The translations under genes were made by a program, and so were the position numbers. A stretch of 64,000 nucleotides of DNA from an uncultured delta proteobacterium (lineage in GTDB: Bacteria; Myxococcota; Myxococcia; Myxococcales; Anaeromyxobacteraceae), in contig CAVYBH010000011.1 in the NCBI GenBank assembly GCA_963766715.1, forward strand, positions 96,001 to 160,000. The letters run 5' to 3'. Under the pieces are notes generated by a model. That model saw only the letters and a list, made by a program, of their open reading frames with translations, made no database searches and was not told the origin of the DNA. Below, in pieces: positions 31,887 through 46,131 of this stretch. How positions within the stretch are numbered: the first letter of the stretch is position 1; each line of letters begins with the position of its first letter.

Positions 31887-33072
31887 CCGATTCGCACCAG
31901 CTCGTCCTGCAGCTTCGAGAAGATGCGCGGCCCGCCCGGCGCGAGCACCACGTCGATCTCGAGCCGCACGCCCATGCCCTCCTCGGGCAGGTAGATGCCG
32001 GGCTCGATGGAGAAGGCGGTGCGGGGCACGAGCTCGCGGGTGTCGTGGGTCTCGAGATCGTCCATGTTGGCGCCGTCGCCGTGGGGCGAGGAGAAGCCGA
32101 TCGAGTGGCCGGTCCGGTGGACGAACCGATCGCCCCATCCCTTCGAGGCGATGTGGTCGCGCACCACCCGGTCGACCTGCCAGCCCTCGAGCCTCGTCCC
32201 CGAGCGGAACGCCTCCTCGACGAGCCGGAAGCCCTTGTCCCGCGCGTCGGCCGTGACGCGGAAGATCTCCTGCCACCCGGGGCGGCGGCCGATCCCCGCA
32301 GAAGGCCATCCAGGTGATGTCGGCGTACGGGTCGTCCGCCCGGGCCTCCTTCGCCCACAGGTCGATGAGGAGGAGGTCGCCCGGACGGATGGGGGTGGGG
32401 CGCTCCTTCGACGGGACGTAGTGGGGATCGCCGGCGTGCCCGTTCACGGCCACGATGGGCGGGTGGTCGGTGAGGAGCCCGCGCTCGGCGAAGCGGGCCA
32501 TGAGCAGGTCCTGGATCTCGTGCTCGGCCGGGGTCCGGCCGCGGCGGTGCTCCTCGCCCACCCGGGCGAAGGCCTCGTCCTTGGCCTCGTCGATGATGCG
32601 GCAGGCGCGGGCGTGGCTCTCGATCTGCCGGTCGTCGAACCGGCAGAGGAACTCCTGCACCAGCTCGCCCGAGGAGACGACATCAACTCCCAGTGAACGG
32701 ACCAGCTCGATCGTGCCGGCGTCGACGCGGCTGAGGTAGGGGATGCCGGCCATGGGGAAGTACTCCATGGCGAGGCGGCGCCCGGGAAGGCCGGCGAGCA
32801 TCCGCTCCAGCCCGGCGCGGAAGGACTGCCAGGAGGCGTAGTGCTCGCGCCGCCCCGGCACGTGCGGCGGGAAAGGAGCCGAGCTCGATGGCGTGGACGA
32901 GCAGCCGGGGCTCGCCCCGGGCCGGGACCAGGTAGGCCCAGCGCCGGGTGAGCATGTGGCCGGAGAGCCCCAGCGCGCCCAGGGCGGTGGGGTTCTGGCC
33001 GTGGAAATCGTAGAGGAGCCACCCGTCGAGCTTCTGGCTCGCGATGGCGCGCTGCAGGGCCGGGATGTCCAT
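31883..33072 (-). CDS. M24 Xaa-Pro aminopeptidase family protein (frameshifts ~32865, ~32280)
   Basis: DGWLLYDF, AGDPHY, LIDLWA..YADIT, HRTGHSIG, FSIEPGIY, GVRLE. Confidence 0.88.
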
Positions 33073-33120
33073 GGTCGACCCTCTAATGCGGGGGCGGCCG
33101 GGGGGCCACGGCGGGGCGCG

Positions 33121-34584
33121 CTAGATGGGCACCCGGTAGCGCTTGCCCGGCGGTGGCTCGAGCGGGATCTCGTGGAGCCGGATCGAGTTGGTGTTTCCCG
33201 GCTCGCCGAGGGGGGAGCCGTAGACCAGGATCACCCGGTCCCCCGGCTGGGCGAGCCCGTCGGCGACGAGCCGCTCGGAGACGAGGCGGGCCATGGCGTC
33301 GGGATCGCGGATGGGCTCCATGATGCGCGGCAGGACGCCCCAGTAGAGCGCCATCCGGCGGCGGATGGGCTGCTCGGGGGAGAAGGCGACCACGGGGACG
33401 TGCGGGCGGTAGCGGGAGAGCAGCCGCGCCGTCGTTCCACCCACCGTGAAGCAGGCGATGACGCGGGCGTCGGCGTCGAGGGCGGCCCGGACCGCGGCGG
33501 AGGCCACCACGTCGTTGAAGGGGACCGGCGGAGGCGGCGCAGCGACGGGGCGGGGGCGCGAGAGGAAGAAGTTGCGCTCGGCCTCCCGCACCACGCGGTC
33601 CATGGTCTGGACGGCGAGCAGGGGAAAGCGGCCGCTGGCGGTCTCGCCGGAGAGCATCACCGCGTCGGCGCCGTCCCAGATGGCGTTGGCCACGTCGCTG
33701 GCCTCGGCGCGCGTGGGGCGCGGGTGCTCCATCATCGAGTCGAGCATCTGGGTGGCGATGATGACCGGCTTGCCGACGTGGTTGGCCTTGTCGACCATCG
33801 ACTTCTGGAGGATGGGCACCCGCTCGGCCGGCACCTCGACCCCCAGGTCGCCGCGCGCCACCATGAGCCCGTCGGCGGCGTCCACGATCTCGTCCAGGTT
33901 CTCGAGGGCCTCGGGCTTCTCGATCTTGGCGATGATGGGAACCACCCGGCCGAGCGCCTTCAGCTGGTCGCGGGCCTGCTCCACGTCGGCGGCGGTGCGC
34001 ACGAAGGAGAGCGCCACGAGGTCGACCCCGTGCTCGGCGCCGAAGCGCAGGTCGGCCAGGTCCTTCTCGGAGAGCGCGCCCACCCGCAGCGCCACGCCGG
34101 GGAGGTTGATGCCCTTGTGCTCCTTGAGGCGCCCCCCCTCGATCACCTCGGCGGTGACCCGGACGCCGTCGGTGTCGAGCACCCGGAACTCGAGCAGCCC
34201 GTCGTCGACGAGCAGCCGGTCGCCCTTGCGGACGTCCTGGGCCAGGTACGGGTAGGTGGTGGAGATCATCCGCGCGTCGCCGAGGATCTCCTTCTCGGTG
34301 GTGATGACGAGCGTGTCGCCGGCGACGAGCGGCACCCCGGTGCGCCCGGCCTGGAGCGGGCCGGTCCGGATCTTGGGCCCCTGCAGGTCCTGGAGGATGG
34401 CCACCGGCCGGATGAGCTGGCGCGAGGCGGCGCGGACCCGCTCGATGGCGCGAGCGTGGTCCTCGTGGGTGCCATGGGAGAAGTTGAGCCGGGCGACGTC
34501 CATGCCCTGCTCGAGGAGCTTCAGGATGACGTCGGAGGACTCGCTGGACGGACCCAGGGTGCAGACGATCTTGGCGCGGCGCAC
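33121..34584 (-). CDS. pyk: Pyruvate kinase
   Basis: [61 protein letters not shown]. Confidence 0.98.
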   Translation of the reverse strand: MRRAKIVCTLGPSSESSDVILKLLEQGMDVARLNFSHGTHEDHARAIERVRAASRQLIRPVAILQDLQGPKIRTGPLQAGRTGVPLVAGDTLVITTEKEILGDARMISTTYPYLAQDVRKGDRLLVDDGLLEFRVLDTDGVRVTAEVIEGGRLKEHKGINLPGVALRVGALSEKDLADLRFGAEHGVDLVALSFVRTAADVEQARDQLKALGRVVPIIAKIEKPEALENLDEIVDAADGLMVARGDLGVEVPAERVPILQKSMVDKANHVGKPVIIATQMLDSMMEHPRPTRAEASDVANAIWDGADAVMLSGETASGRFPLLAVQTMDRVVREAERNFFLSRPRPVAAPPPPVPFNDVVASAAVRAALDADARVIACFTVGGTTARLLSRYRPHVPVVAFSPEQPIRRRMALYWGVLPRIMEPIRDPDAMARLVSERLVADGLAQPGDRVILVYGSPLGEPGNTNSIRLHEIPLEPPPGKRYRVPI

Positions 34585-34645
34585 GGTCCCGCAGTTGTAC
34601 CGCGATTGCCGCCGCGGCGCTGCCTGGATACGGTGGCGTCCCCGC

Positions 34646-35236
34646 ATGGGAGCCCGCCTGCCCCGCGCCTTCTACGACCGCGACACCCGCCGGGTGGCGC
34701 GGGAGCTCATCGGGAAGGTGCTCGTCCACCAGGATGGAGGCGTCCGGCGCGCGGCGCGGATCGTGGAGACCGAGGCCTATCACGGGCCCGGCGACCGGGC
34801 CTCCCACGCCCGGGCTGGCCCCACTCCCCGCGCGGCCGTGATGTTCGGCCCCCCGGGCCGGGCCTACGTCTACCTGGTCTACGGCATCTCCCACTGCATG
34901 AACGTGGTGACCGGCCCGGAGGGCTTCCCCGCCGCGGTGCTGATCCGGGCCGCCGAGCCGATCGAGAACTGCCTGCACTCGACGCGTGGGCCCGGCAACC
35001 TGTGCAAGGCCCTGGGCATCCGCCGGGAGACCCACACCGGGCTCGCCCTCCGGGGGCCGGTCCTGTGGATCGAGGACGCGCCCCGGCCGGAGGGTCGGAT
35101 CGTCCGGACGCCTCGAATCGGGGTCGGGTACTCCGGCGCATGGGCGCGGAGACCCTGGAGATTCCTGCTCGAGGGCAGCCCCTGGGTCTCCGGCCCAAAA
35201 AAGTCGCTTGCGGCCCGCCCGCGAATGAAGCATTAG
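34646..35236 (+). CDS. mpg: DNA-3-methyladenine glycosylase (MPG/AAG family)
   Basis: [48 protein letters not shown]. Confidence 0.93.
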   Translation: MGARLPRAFYDRDTRRVARELIGKVLVHQDGGVRRAARIVETEAYHGPGDRASHARAGPTPRAAVMFGPPGRAYVYLVYGISHCMNVVTGPEGFPAAVLIRAAEPIENCLHSTRGPGNLCKALGIRRETHTGLALRGPVLWIEDAPRPEGRIVRTPRIGVGYSGAWARRPWRFLLEGSPWVSGPKKSLAARPRMKH

Positions 35237-35241
35237 ATTGC

Positions 35242-35257
35242 GCGAATCAAGATTCGC
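35242..35257. promoter_or_regulatory. Palindrome GCGAATC-AA-GATTCGC (candidate TetR operator)
   Basis: Perfect 7-bp arms just downstream of a TAGATT -10-like hexamer (35234-35239), upstream of the tolC-tetR-MFP-RND operon. Confidence 0.65.
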
Positions 35258-35329
35258 AAAACCGATGGTCCGCGCCACCAGCGCGCGCCGCGCCACCCGG
35301 TCGGTTCCGCGTCCCCCCACGGAGGTCCC

Positions 35330-36785
35330 TTGAGCCCAGCCAGCTTCCTCGCCGCCCTCGTCCTCGCCCAGGCGACCCCGCAGGAGGCCGTCCCGCCGGC
35401 GCCCCTCGCCCCCGCTCCGTCCGCCAGCCCCGCGACGCCGGCGCCCGCGGCGAAGCCGGCCGCCCAGCGGAAGGTGCTCACGCTTCGCGAGGCCATCGAG
35501 TCGGCCCGGAAGCAGAACCTGGACATCCAGCAGCTCGACGCGCGCGTCGAGCAGGCGCGGCAGCTCTCCTGGAAGGCCTGGTCCTTCTACCTGCCGCAGG
35601 TGAACGCGGGCGTGCAGGTGGCCCGCAACCAGTACGAGGTCTCCTTCGCACTCCCCTCCGGCTACTGGGTCCGGGACATGGGCACGCCAGCAGGGGCCCG
35701 ACGCCGGGGGCAGCGTGCCCGGGAGCCCCACCAACCTGACCGTGTACCCGAGCAGCGTGACCGAGGCGGTCGTCCAGCCGCTGGTGCAGACGCAGGGGCA
35801 GGTGAAGCTCGGGCAGGCCGTCATCGCGCCGCAAGCCATGCTCCTCATCTCGAACGCCTACAAGGCCGAGCGGGTCATCGACTACAACGTGATGCAGGCG
35901 CGCCGGGACATCCTCTTCGCGGTGGCGCAGCTCTACTACGGCGTCGCCAGCCTCCAGGAGCTCTCCGCCGTGCAGGAGCGGCAGGTGGTGCTCACCAAGG
36001 AGCGGGAGCGGGACGCCCGCGTCCGCTTCGAGGCCGGCACCGGGACCAAGGTCGGCCTGCTCCGCGCCGAGATCGACCGGGCCCAGGCCGAGGAGGACCT
36101 CAAGCGGGCCCAGATCGACTTCCGGCGCGCCAAGCTGGCGCTCGCCACGGCCCTCGACCGGCCGGACGACTTCGACATCGTGATCCCGAACTCGCCCCCC
36201 CAGCCCAAGGGGTCGAACCTGGAGCAGCAGGCCCTCGACCTGCGCCCCGACGTGAAGGCCGCCGCCGAGAACCTCGACCTGGCCTACGGCGAGCGCACCC
36301 GGCTCTACATGCAGTACCTGCCGAGCATCGGCGTCTTCGGATCGTACAGCTACGCGAGCACGAGCACGTTCAACCCCAACGCCTTCTTCTGGCAGGTGGG
36401 CATCGGCCTCACCTGGACGCTCCTCGACGGCGGGCTGCGCGAGGCCTCCATCCGGGAGCAGAGCGCCAAGATCGTCGAGGCCGACGCGCTGAAGCGCCAG
36501 GTCGACCTGCGAGCCGTCACCCGGGTGAAGGAGGCGCAGCTCGATCTCGAGGCGGCCGTCGCCAACCGGGCCAAGGCGAAGGAGCGGACCGGGCTCGCGC
36601 AGGAGAACGCGCGGCTCGTCGACGTGGCCTACAAGGTCGGCGCCGCCACCTACCTCGAGTCCACCGACTCGGTGCAGACGCTGCGTCAGGCCGAGGTGGG
36701 GCTGGTGGCCGAGTCGCTGAACGTCGACCTGGCCACGCTCAAGCTGCTGAACGCGGTCGGCGCCTTCGGCGAAGTGAACGACTAG
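35330..36785 (+). CDS. TolC-family outer membrane efflux protein (frameshift ~35700)
   Basis: Signal peptide, LTLREAIESA, VAQLYY, RPDVKAA, YLPSI, YKVGAATYLE. Confidence 0.88.
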
Positions 36786-36786
36786 G

Positions 36787-37359
36787 ATGACCACGCGCGC
36801 CTCATCCGACCGCCGCGCGCGGGTCCGCGAGCACGCCCGCCGGGACATCCTCGAGTCGGCGGCGCAGGTCTTCGCCCGCCGAGGCTACGCCGCCGCCACG
36901 CTGGCCGAGCTGGCCGAGGCCGCCGGCTACGCCGCCCCCTCGCTCTACCGGTACTTCGGCAGCAAGGAGGAGATCTTCCAGAGCCTCCTCTCGCTCGTCA
37001 CCGCCGAGCTCCAGGAGGTCTTCGACGCGCCGGTGGACCGCCGGCTCCCGATCGAGGAGCGCCTGTCCACCCTCTTCCTCGCCCTGCGCCGCATGGCCGA
37101 GGGACGGCGCGAGACGCTCGAGCTCCTCACGGCCCACACCGACCCCGACGAGGGGCAGGCCCACCTGGAAGGGCGGCTCGAGACCTGGCTGAAGAAGCAC
37201 GTGGCGCGCTCCGAGCTGCGCGTCCCCCCGGCCCTGGCGGCCCAGGTCGCCGCCGGGATCCTCCTCGCCCAGAAGCACGGCCGCCAGCGGCCCGGGTCCA
37301 CCAACGTCGAGAGCGCCCGCCTCGCCGCCGATCTCATCCTGCACGGAGTGTCCGCATGA
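36787..37359 (+). CDS. TetR/AcrR transcriptional regulator
   Basis: ILESAAQVFARRGYAAATLAELAEAAGYAAPSLYRYFGSKEEI HTH. Confidence 0.93.
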   Translation: MTTRASSDRRARVREHARRDILESAAQVFARRGYAAATLAELAEAAGYAAPSLYRYFGSKEEIFQSLLSLVTAELQEVFDAPVDRRLPIEERLSTLFLALRRMAEGRRETLELLTAHTDPDEGQAHLEGRLETWLKKHVARSELRVPPALAAQVAAGILLAQKHGRQRPGSTNVESARLAADLILHGVSA

Positions 37360-38452
37360 ACCGCACGTCCTCGCTGCTCCTCACCGCGCTCGCAGCCCTC
37401 ACCCTCTCCGCCTGCGGAGGGCGCGGCGAGAAGGCCAAGCTCCCCGACGCCGGTCCCGGCGGCCGCGCCGTCCGCGTGGCGAAGGCGGCCACGCGCATGG
37501 AGACGGGCCTGGCCCGCGCCACCGGCACCGTCCGCGCCAAGGAGGAGGCCGTGCTCTCCGCCAAGGCGAGCGGCCAGATCAAGCGGGTGCTGGTCTCGGT
37601 GGGCGATCGGGTCCGGGCCGGCGCACCGCTCGTGGAGATGGACCCGGTGAACGTCCGGATCGGCCTGGAGAACGCGCAGGCCGCCGAGCGGCTCGCCGTG
37701 GCCAACCTGGGCGTCGCCGATCGCGAGGTGGCGCGCTCCAAGATGCTCTTCGAGGCCCAGAGCCTGCCCGAGGCCGGCTACGACCGGGTGAAGACCGGCC
37801 GCGACGTGGCCGCCGCCCAGCTCGACCAGGCCCGGGCCGCGCTGGCCGGGGCGAAGCAGATGGTCGCCGACACGGTCATCGCCGCCCCGTTCGACGGCGT
37901 CGTGACCGCCAAGTTCCACAACGCCGGCGACACGGTCACCCTCATGCCGGTCACCCCCATCGTCACCGTCACCGACGTGGACCACCTCGAGCTCCGGCTC
38001 GCCGCGCCGGAGGCCATCGAGAGCTTCGTCCGGCCCGGCCAGGTCGTCGAGGGCGTGCTCACCCCGTCCGGCCAGCGCTTCCAGGCCAAGGTCCGGATGA
38101 AGGGCTCGGTCGTCGACCCGCAGTCCCGCACCATCGAGGTGCTGGCGGACGTGCTGAAGGGGCAGGGGCCCGCCATCCGCCCGGGCAGCCTCGCCAACGT
38201 CGACTTCGGCGGCTTCGGCGAGAAGGACGGCCTCTACCTGCCCGCCGGCGCGGTGCTCACCGACGCGAAGGGCGCCCACGTCCTCGTCGCCGCCGGCGGC
38301 AAGGCCGAGACGCGCGCGGTGAAGGTGGCGCCGCTCAACCCCGGGACGGTCCTCGTGACGGGCGGCCTCGCCCCGGACGCGCTCGTCATCCTCGACCCGG
38401 GCTCGCTCCAGCCCGGCGACGCGGTGGTCGCCATCGGCGAGGAGGCCGCCAA

Positions 38453-38456
<4 letters not shown>
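37356..38456 (+). CDS. RND efflux periplasmic adaptor (lipoprotein)
   Basis: Lipobox LSAC, SGQIKRVLVSVGDRVRAG, IAAPFDGVV, VDPQSRT. Confidence 0.92.
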
Positions 38457-41560
<3,104 letters not shown>

Positions 41561-41569
41561 GAAGGGGGC

Positions 41570-42581
41570 GTGGAGCACGTCGCCAACCAGGACGCCCGCG
41601 GCCTCGCCGGGCTGCTCGGGATCGAGCTCGCCGACGCGCGCCGCCTGCTCGGCGCCGCGGTGGCGCGCGGCAAGACGCTTCGCGACGCGCGCAACGTCCG
41701 GCGGGAGATCCTCGACCTCGCCGCCTCCACGCTCTCCGAGGAGCGGCTGCGCGTCGCGCACGTCGAGGACGCCGCCGACGGTTTCCGCCGCTACCTCTTC
41801 GAGCTCCGGGACGGCGCGCGCGTCGAGTCGGTGCGCATCCCGCTCTTCGACACCCACCACACCCTCTGCCTGTCGTCGCAGGTCGGCTGCGCGCTCGCCT
41901 GCGCCTTCTGCGCCACCGGCCGGCTCGGCCTCACGCGCAACCTCGAGGCCTGGGAGATGGTGGCCCAGTGGATGGAGGTGCGGCGGGACAGCCAGCTGCC
42001 CATCACCGGGGCGGTCTTCATGGGGCAGGGCGAGCCGTTCCACAACTACGACTCGGTGATCCAGGCGGCCTACGTGCTCTGCGATCCGGCCGGCGGGCGG
42101 GTCGACGGCCAGCGCATCTCCATCTCCACCGCGGGCGTGGTCCCCATGATCCGGCGCTACACCGCCGAGGGGCACAAGTTCCGGCTCTGCGTGTCGCTCA
42201 ACGCCGCGATCCCGGAGAAGCGGGCGGCGCTCATGCCGGTGGAGCGCGGGTCACCCCCTCGACGAGCTGGTCGACGCGGTGCGGGAGCACGCCGCCAGCC
42301 GGGGCCGGGTCACGCTCGAGTACGTGATGATGGCCGGGGTGAACACGGGCGAGGAGGACGCGGAGGCGCTGGGGCGCCTGCTCGCCGGGATCCCCGTGCG
42401 CCTCAACCCCATCGCCGTGAACGACGACACGGGAAGGTTCCGCCCGCCGACCGAGGCCGAGTGGAACGTGTTCCGGGACGCGCTCTCCCGCCACCTGCCC
42501 GGGCAGCCGGTGGTGCGCCGGTACTCCGGGGGCCAGGACAAGAGCGCGGCCTGCGGGATGCTGGCCTCGACCTCGCGCTAG
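41570..42581 (+). CDS. RlmN/Cfr-family radical SAM RNA methyltransferase (frameshift ~42250)
   Basis: [45 protein letters not shown]. Confidence 0.88.
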
Positions 42582-42582
42582 A

Positions 42583-42860
42583 TCACTTCTTCTTCGCCGG
42601 GGGGACCGGCTTCTCGTCCGGCGGGTCGCCGGCCTCGGGCGGGGCCGCCTTCTCCGGGCCCGGCTCGAGCACCTCGAGGTGGTCGAGCAGCTCGAGCCGC
42701 TCGAGCAGGTCCAGGTTCTCCAGGAGCTCCGCGTCCGGGTCCTTCGCCGCGCCGTCGCGGGCCGGGCCCCTGGCGGGCGCGGGCGCGGGGCAGGCGCGGG
42801 CGACGGAGGCGCCGCGGCGGCGAGGAGCGCGGCGGCCGCGATGGAGGCGAGCAGGGTCAC
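42583..42860 (-). CDS. Small exported acidic Leu-rich protein (frameshift ~42780)
   Basis: GTGA-coupled start, signal peptide [16 protein letters not shown], then [27 protein letters not shown]...PAKKK-stop in the adjacent frame. Confidence 0.65.
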
Positions 42861-44477
42861 GGGGTGGAGACGTTCACGCCCAGGATGAACTTCCGGGCCA
42901 CGCCCTGTCCCGGGAAGAAGTTGCCCATCGCCAGCACGTCGGCCTCGGCGAGCACCGAGAGCCACCGCACGGGGGACCAGGCGAGGTTCAGGTCGAACTC
43001 CGGCCCGTAGGAGACGCCGCCCTGGGCGCTCGCCTCGTCGGCCCAGAGCCAGGCCGCCTTCGCCGTGGCGTCGAAGGTCCCCCTCGTCCAGCGCACCTCC
43101 AGCCCCGGCGCCACCACGCCCCGCGCGTTCACGCCGGACGCGCTGGCCTGCCGGTTGGCGTAGGACTCGGAGATGCCGCCCTGGAAGAAGAGGTTGGTGG
43201 CGGTGATGTACGGGGAGATGGCGAGGAATCCCCCCCAGCTGCCCGAGCCGGAGAGGATCTGCTGGGTCGAGGGCGAGGAGTCGCCGGTGAGCCACACGAA
43301 GAAGGGACTGACCGTGAAACCGCTCCCCGGCTGCACGACCAGGCGCCCGGAGAGGAGCCAGCCCAGCGTGGGGACGTCGACCGGGTGGTCGACGTGGCGT
43401 TCGGCGCGACCGTCGCCACCGTCCCGAAGGCCGCTCCCGCGGTGAACTTCACCTCGCTCCAGGAGGAGAGCTCGAGCCGGCCGGACACGCCGAGCCAGCC
43501 CAGGCTGGAGCTGCCCTGCGTCGGCGCGGTCAGGAGGTTCGCCATCCGGCGCGAGGCGGCGCGGTAGGCGACCGAGCCCGGCGTGGTGCGCTGCAGCTCC
43601 ACCACGTCGTTCTCGACGAGCCCCTGCCGGAGGATGGTCGCGGCGTCCCCGTTCCGAGTCGCTCGACCAGGCGCCCCAGATCCCGACCCACTCGCCCAGG
43701 GACGGCGTCCACTCGGCGGTGGCGGAGACGACCGGGTACTGCCAGTCCGACCCGCTGGGCCAGGCGCGGGACGGGTAGAAGACCGAGGCCGAGAAGGCCA
43801 GCGGCGGCCCGAAGGCGCCCACGTCGAGATCGAGGTCGAGGCCGAGGCCCCAGTCGTCGTAGACGAAGCCGTCGGCGATGCGGAGCCGCTGCCGCCCGAG
43901 CCGCGCGTGGAAGGCGCCGGCCCGCCCCGCCGAGGCCTCGACGTAGAGCTGCCGGATGAAGGCGGTCTGGCTGGCCTCGGTCGAGAAGGACTGGCCGTTC
44001 GTGGTGATCTCGCTCGCGCCGTACGTGGTCGTGGCCAGGTCGTACCGGGCCGGGGCCGTGCAGGCCCCGCCGCTCGTCAGCGCCAGGCCGGACGGGGAAG
44101 TGGTGGACGGACAGACGACCGCCACCGTCGGGAAGCGCTGCGAACGGACGAGGCCGCTGTCGACGTCGAGGCGGAAGCCGAGCCAGCTCGTGGCCTCCCA
44201 GCCCGCCGAGACGAACGCCAGCCCGGACGCGTAGCCCTCCGCAGGCCCGGGGGTGAGGTAGCGATCGGTCGCGAAGGCCCGCGCCGCGCCGTCGAAGAGG
44301 ACGAGCGTGGAGGGGAGCGCGGCCTGCCAGGTGTAGCGCGCGAAGAGCCCCGCGCGCGCCCAGAGCGGCCCGTCCTCCGGCTCCAGCTCCAGCGCGAGCG
44401 CGTCGGGCGCCGACCGCGGGCGGAGCATCGCCGGCCGAGGCGAGCAGCACGGCGGCGATGAGGGCGAACGTCGGCAC
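42857..44477 (-). CDS. Putative outer-membrane beta-barrel protein (about 3 frameshifts)
   Basis: Signal peptide, [24 protein letters not shown], amphipathic strands, [11 protein letters not shown]; resembles alginate-export-type barrels. Confidence 0.7.
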
Positions 44478-44486
44478 CCGGGGATG

Positions 44487-45017
44487 CTAAGGCTTCCGCT
44501 GCTTCTGACGCCACATGTCTCGCGCCTGGTCGCGCTGGGCCGGCGTCATCTGCTTCCAGCGCTGCAGGTTGTCGAGGTAGCGCTGCCGCACCTCGGGCGG
44601 CGCGTCGACCAGCTTGCGGAAGAGCGACCGCACCTGCGCCTGGCGCCCCGGCGACATCTCCTTGTACCGGCCGAGCATCTGCAGCATCTCGCGCCGCTCG
44701 TCGGGCGCGAGCTGGCGGAAGCGCTTCCAGGTGCGGGCGATCTCCTCGCGCTCCGCGGGCGGCAGCGAGCGCCAGCGCTCCAGGCGGGCCTTGAGCTCGG
44801 CCTGCCGCTCCGGCGTCATCTCCTGGAAGGTCTTCCAGCGCTGCCGGAGCACGTCCTTCTCGGCAGGCGAGAGCTTCTCCCAGCGCTCCCGCGCGGACGG
44901 CGGTGGAGCCATCGGGTGCGGCGGCGCCTGGCGCAGGTGCGGGGGGGGGGAACCCTGCGCCAGGGCCGTCGCGGAAGCGGAGAGCAGGAGCGCGGCGAGG
45001 AGGGGGCGGAGGATCAC
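44487..45017 (-). CDS. DUF3106-like periplasmic helical-repeat protein
   Basis: Signal peptide and repeats W/F-xx-L/M-x-P-x-E/Q-R/K; strongly basic. Confidence 0.8.
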   Translation of the reverse strand: MILRPLLAALLLSASATALAQGSPPPHLRQAPPHPMAPPPSARERWEKLSPAEKDVLRQRWKTFQEMTPERQAELKARLERWRSLPPAEREEIARTWKRFRQLAPDERREMLQMLGRYKEMSPGRQAQVRSLFRKLVDAPPEVRQRYLDNLQRWKQMTPAQRDQARDMWRQKQRKP

Positions 45018-45500
45018 GGGAGCCCCGCCTTCAGCTCGTCGAGGTGGGAGACGACCTCGAGGTCCTCGGGCGTCTCCACGAGGTCGAGGCTCGCCACCTC
45101 CACGTAGTTCTCGAGCAGGTCGAGGTGGCCGGCCATCTCCAGATCGGCGCGCTCGCCGGCGCGGCGGATCGACACGCCGGCGACCAGCACGGCGGCGAGG
45201 GCGGCGGCCGGCACGAGCCAGCGGAGCGGCCGGACGCCGAGCCGGTCGAGGAGCGGCCTGCGGCGAGGGGCCTCGCGGGCCAGCCGCGCGTAGAAGCGCT
45301 GCTCGAACCCGGGCGAGGGCGGACGCGGCGCCGGGAAGCGCGGCGATCGCCGAGAGGGCGCGGGCGATCCGGTCGCGCTCGCTCCGGCAGCTCGCGCAGC
45401 CGGCCAGGTGGGCCTCCACCTGGGCCTGGCGGGCGGCGGGCAGCGCGCCGTCGAGCAGCGCGGTCAGGTCGTCGCCGACGTGGCTCTCGCGCGGGGTCAC
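45014..45500 (-). CDS. zf-HC2 anti-sigma factor (frameshift ~45330)
   Basis: LTALLDGAL...VEAHLAGCASC, TM helix, acidic tail DLEMAGHLDLLENY...DLEVVSHLDEL. Confidence 0.82.
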
Positions 45501-46087
45501 GACGCGGCTCCCTCTCCCGACCAGGGCTCGAGCGCGCGGGCCGCCGAGACGGTGGCGCGGTGCACGAGCGACTTGACGGAGGGTACGGTGGTCCCGAGCA
45601 CCTCCGCAATCTCCTCGTACGGGAGCCCCTCGAACCGGGCCAGCACGAAGGCGGCCCGCTGGCTCTCCGGCAGCCGGGCCAGCATGGACTGGACGTCGCG
45701 GGCCAGCGCGTTGCCCCGGGCGACCTCCTCCGGCGTGGCCGACGAGCCCGGCAGCGCGTCCGGATCGAGCGGCGCGCCGTCCTCGCTGTCCGGATCGAGC
45801 TCCGGGCGGGCCTGGTATTCGCCCCGCCGCACCTCGTTCAGGCAGTGGTTCGTGGCGATGCGGTAGAGGAAGGTGGTGAAGCGCGCGCTGGGCTGGTAGC
45901 GATCCGCCGACCGGTGCAGCTTCAGGAAGACGTCCTGGGCGAGCTCCTCTGCCCGGGCGGGATCCCTGACGAATCGGTTGCAGAAGGCCATGGTCGCGCG
46001 TCCGTGTCTCTCGAAGAGGGCCCGGAACGCCTTCTCGTCGCCACCCTGGAACGCGACCATGAGCGCCGCGTCGGGATCCGGAACCAT
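45497..46087 (-). CDS. ECF RNA polymerase sigma factor
   Basis: AEELAQDVFL, FTTFLYRIATNHCLNE, LPESQR, YEEIAEVLGTTVPSVKSLVHRA. Confidence 0.94.
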   Translation of the reverse strand: MVPDPDAALMVAFQGGDEKAFRALFERHGRATMAFCNRFVRDPARAEELAQDVFLKLHRSADRYQPSARFTTFLYRIATNHCLNEVRRGEYQARPELDPDSEDGAPLDPDALPGSSATPEEVARGNALARDVQSMLARLPESQRAAFVLARFEGLPYEEIAEVLGTTVPSVKSLVHRATVSAARALEPWSGEGAAS

Positions 46088-46098
46088 CCATTCCCCTT

Positions 46099-46124
46099 CA
46101 ACACGGGGAGTCGCCCCCGGTTGC
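46099..46124 (-). promoter_or_regulatory. Putative autoregulatory ECF promoter GCAAC-N17-GTTG
   Basis: Classic AAC-N17-GTT ECF arrangement in the 44-bp gap directly upstream of the sigma gene. Confidence 0.6.
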
Positions 46125-46131
46125 GGTCGGA

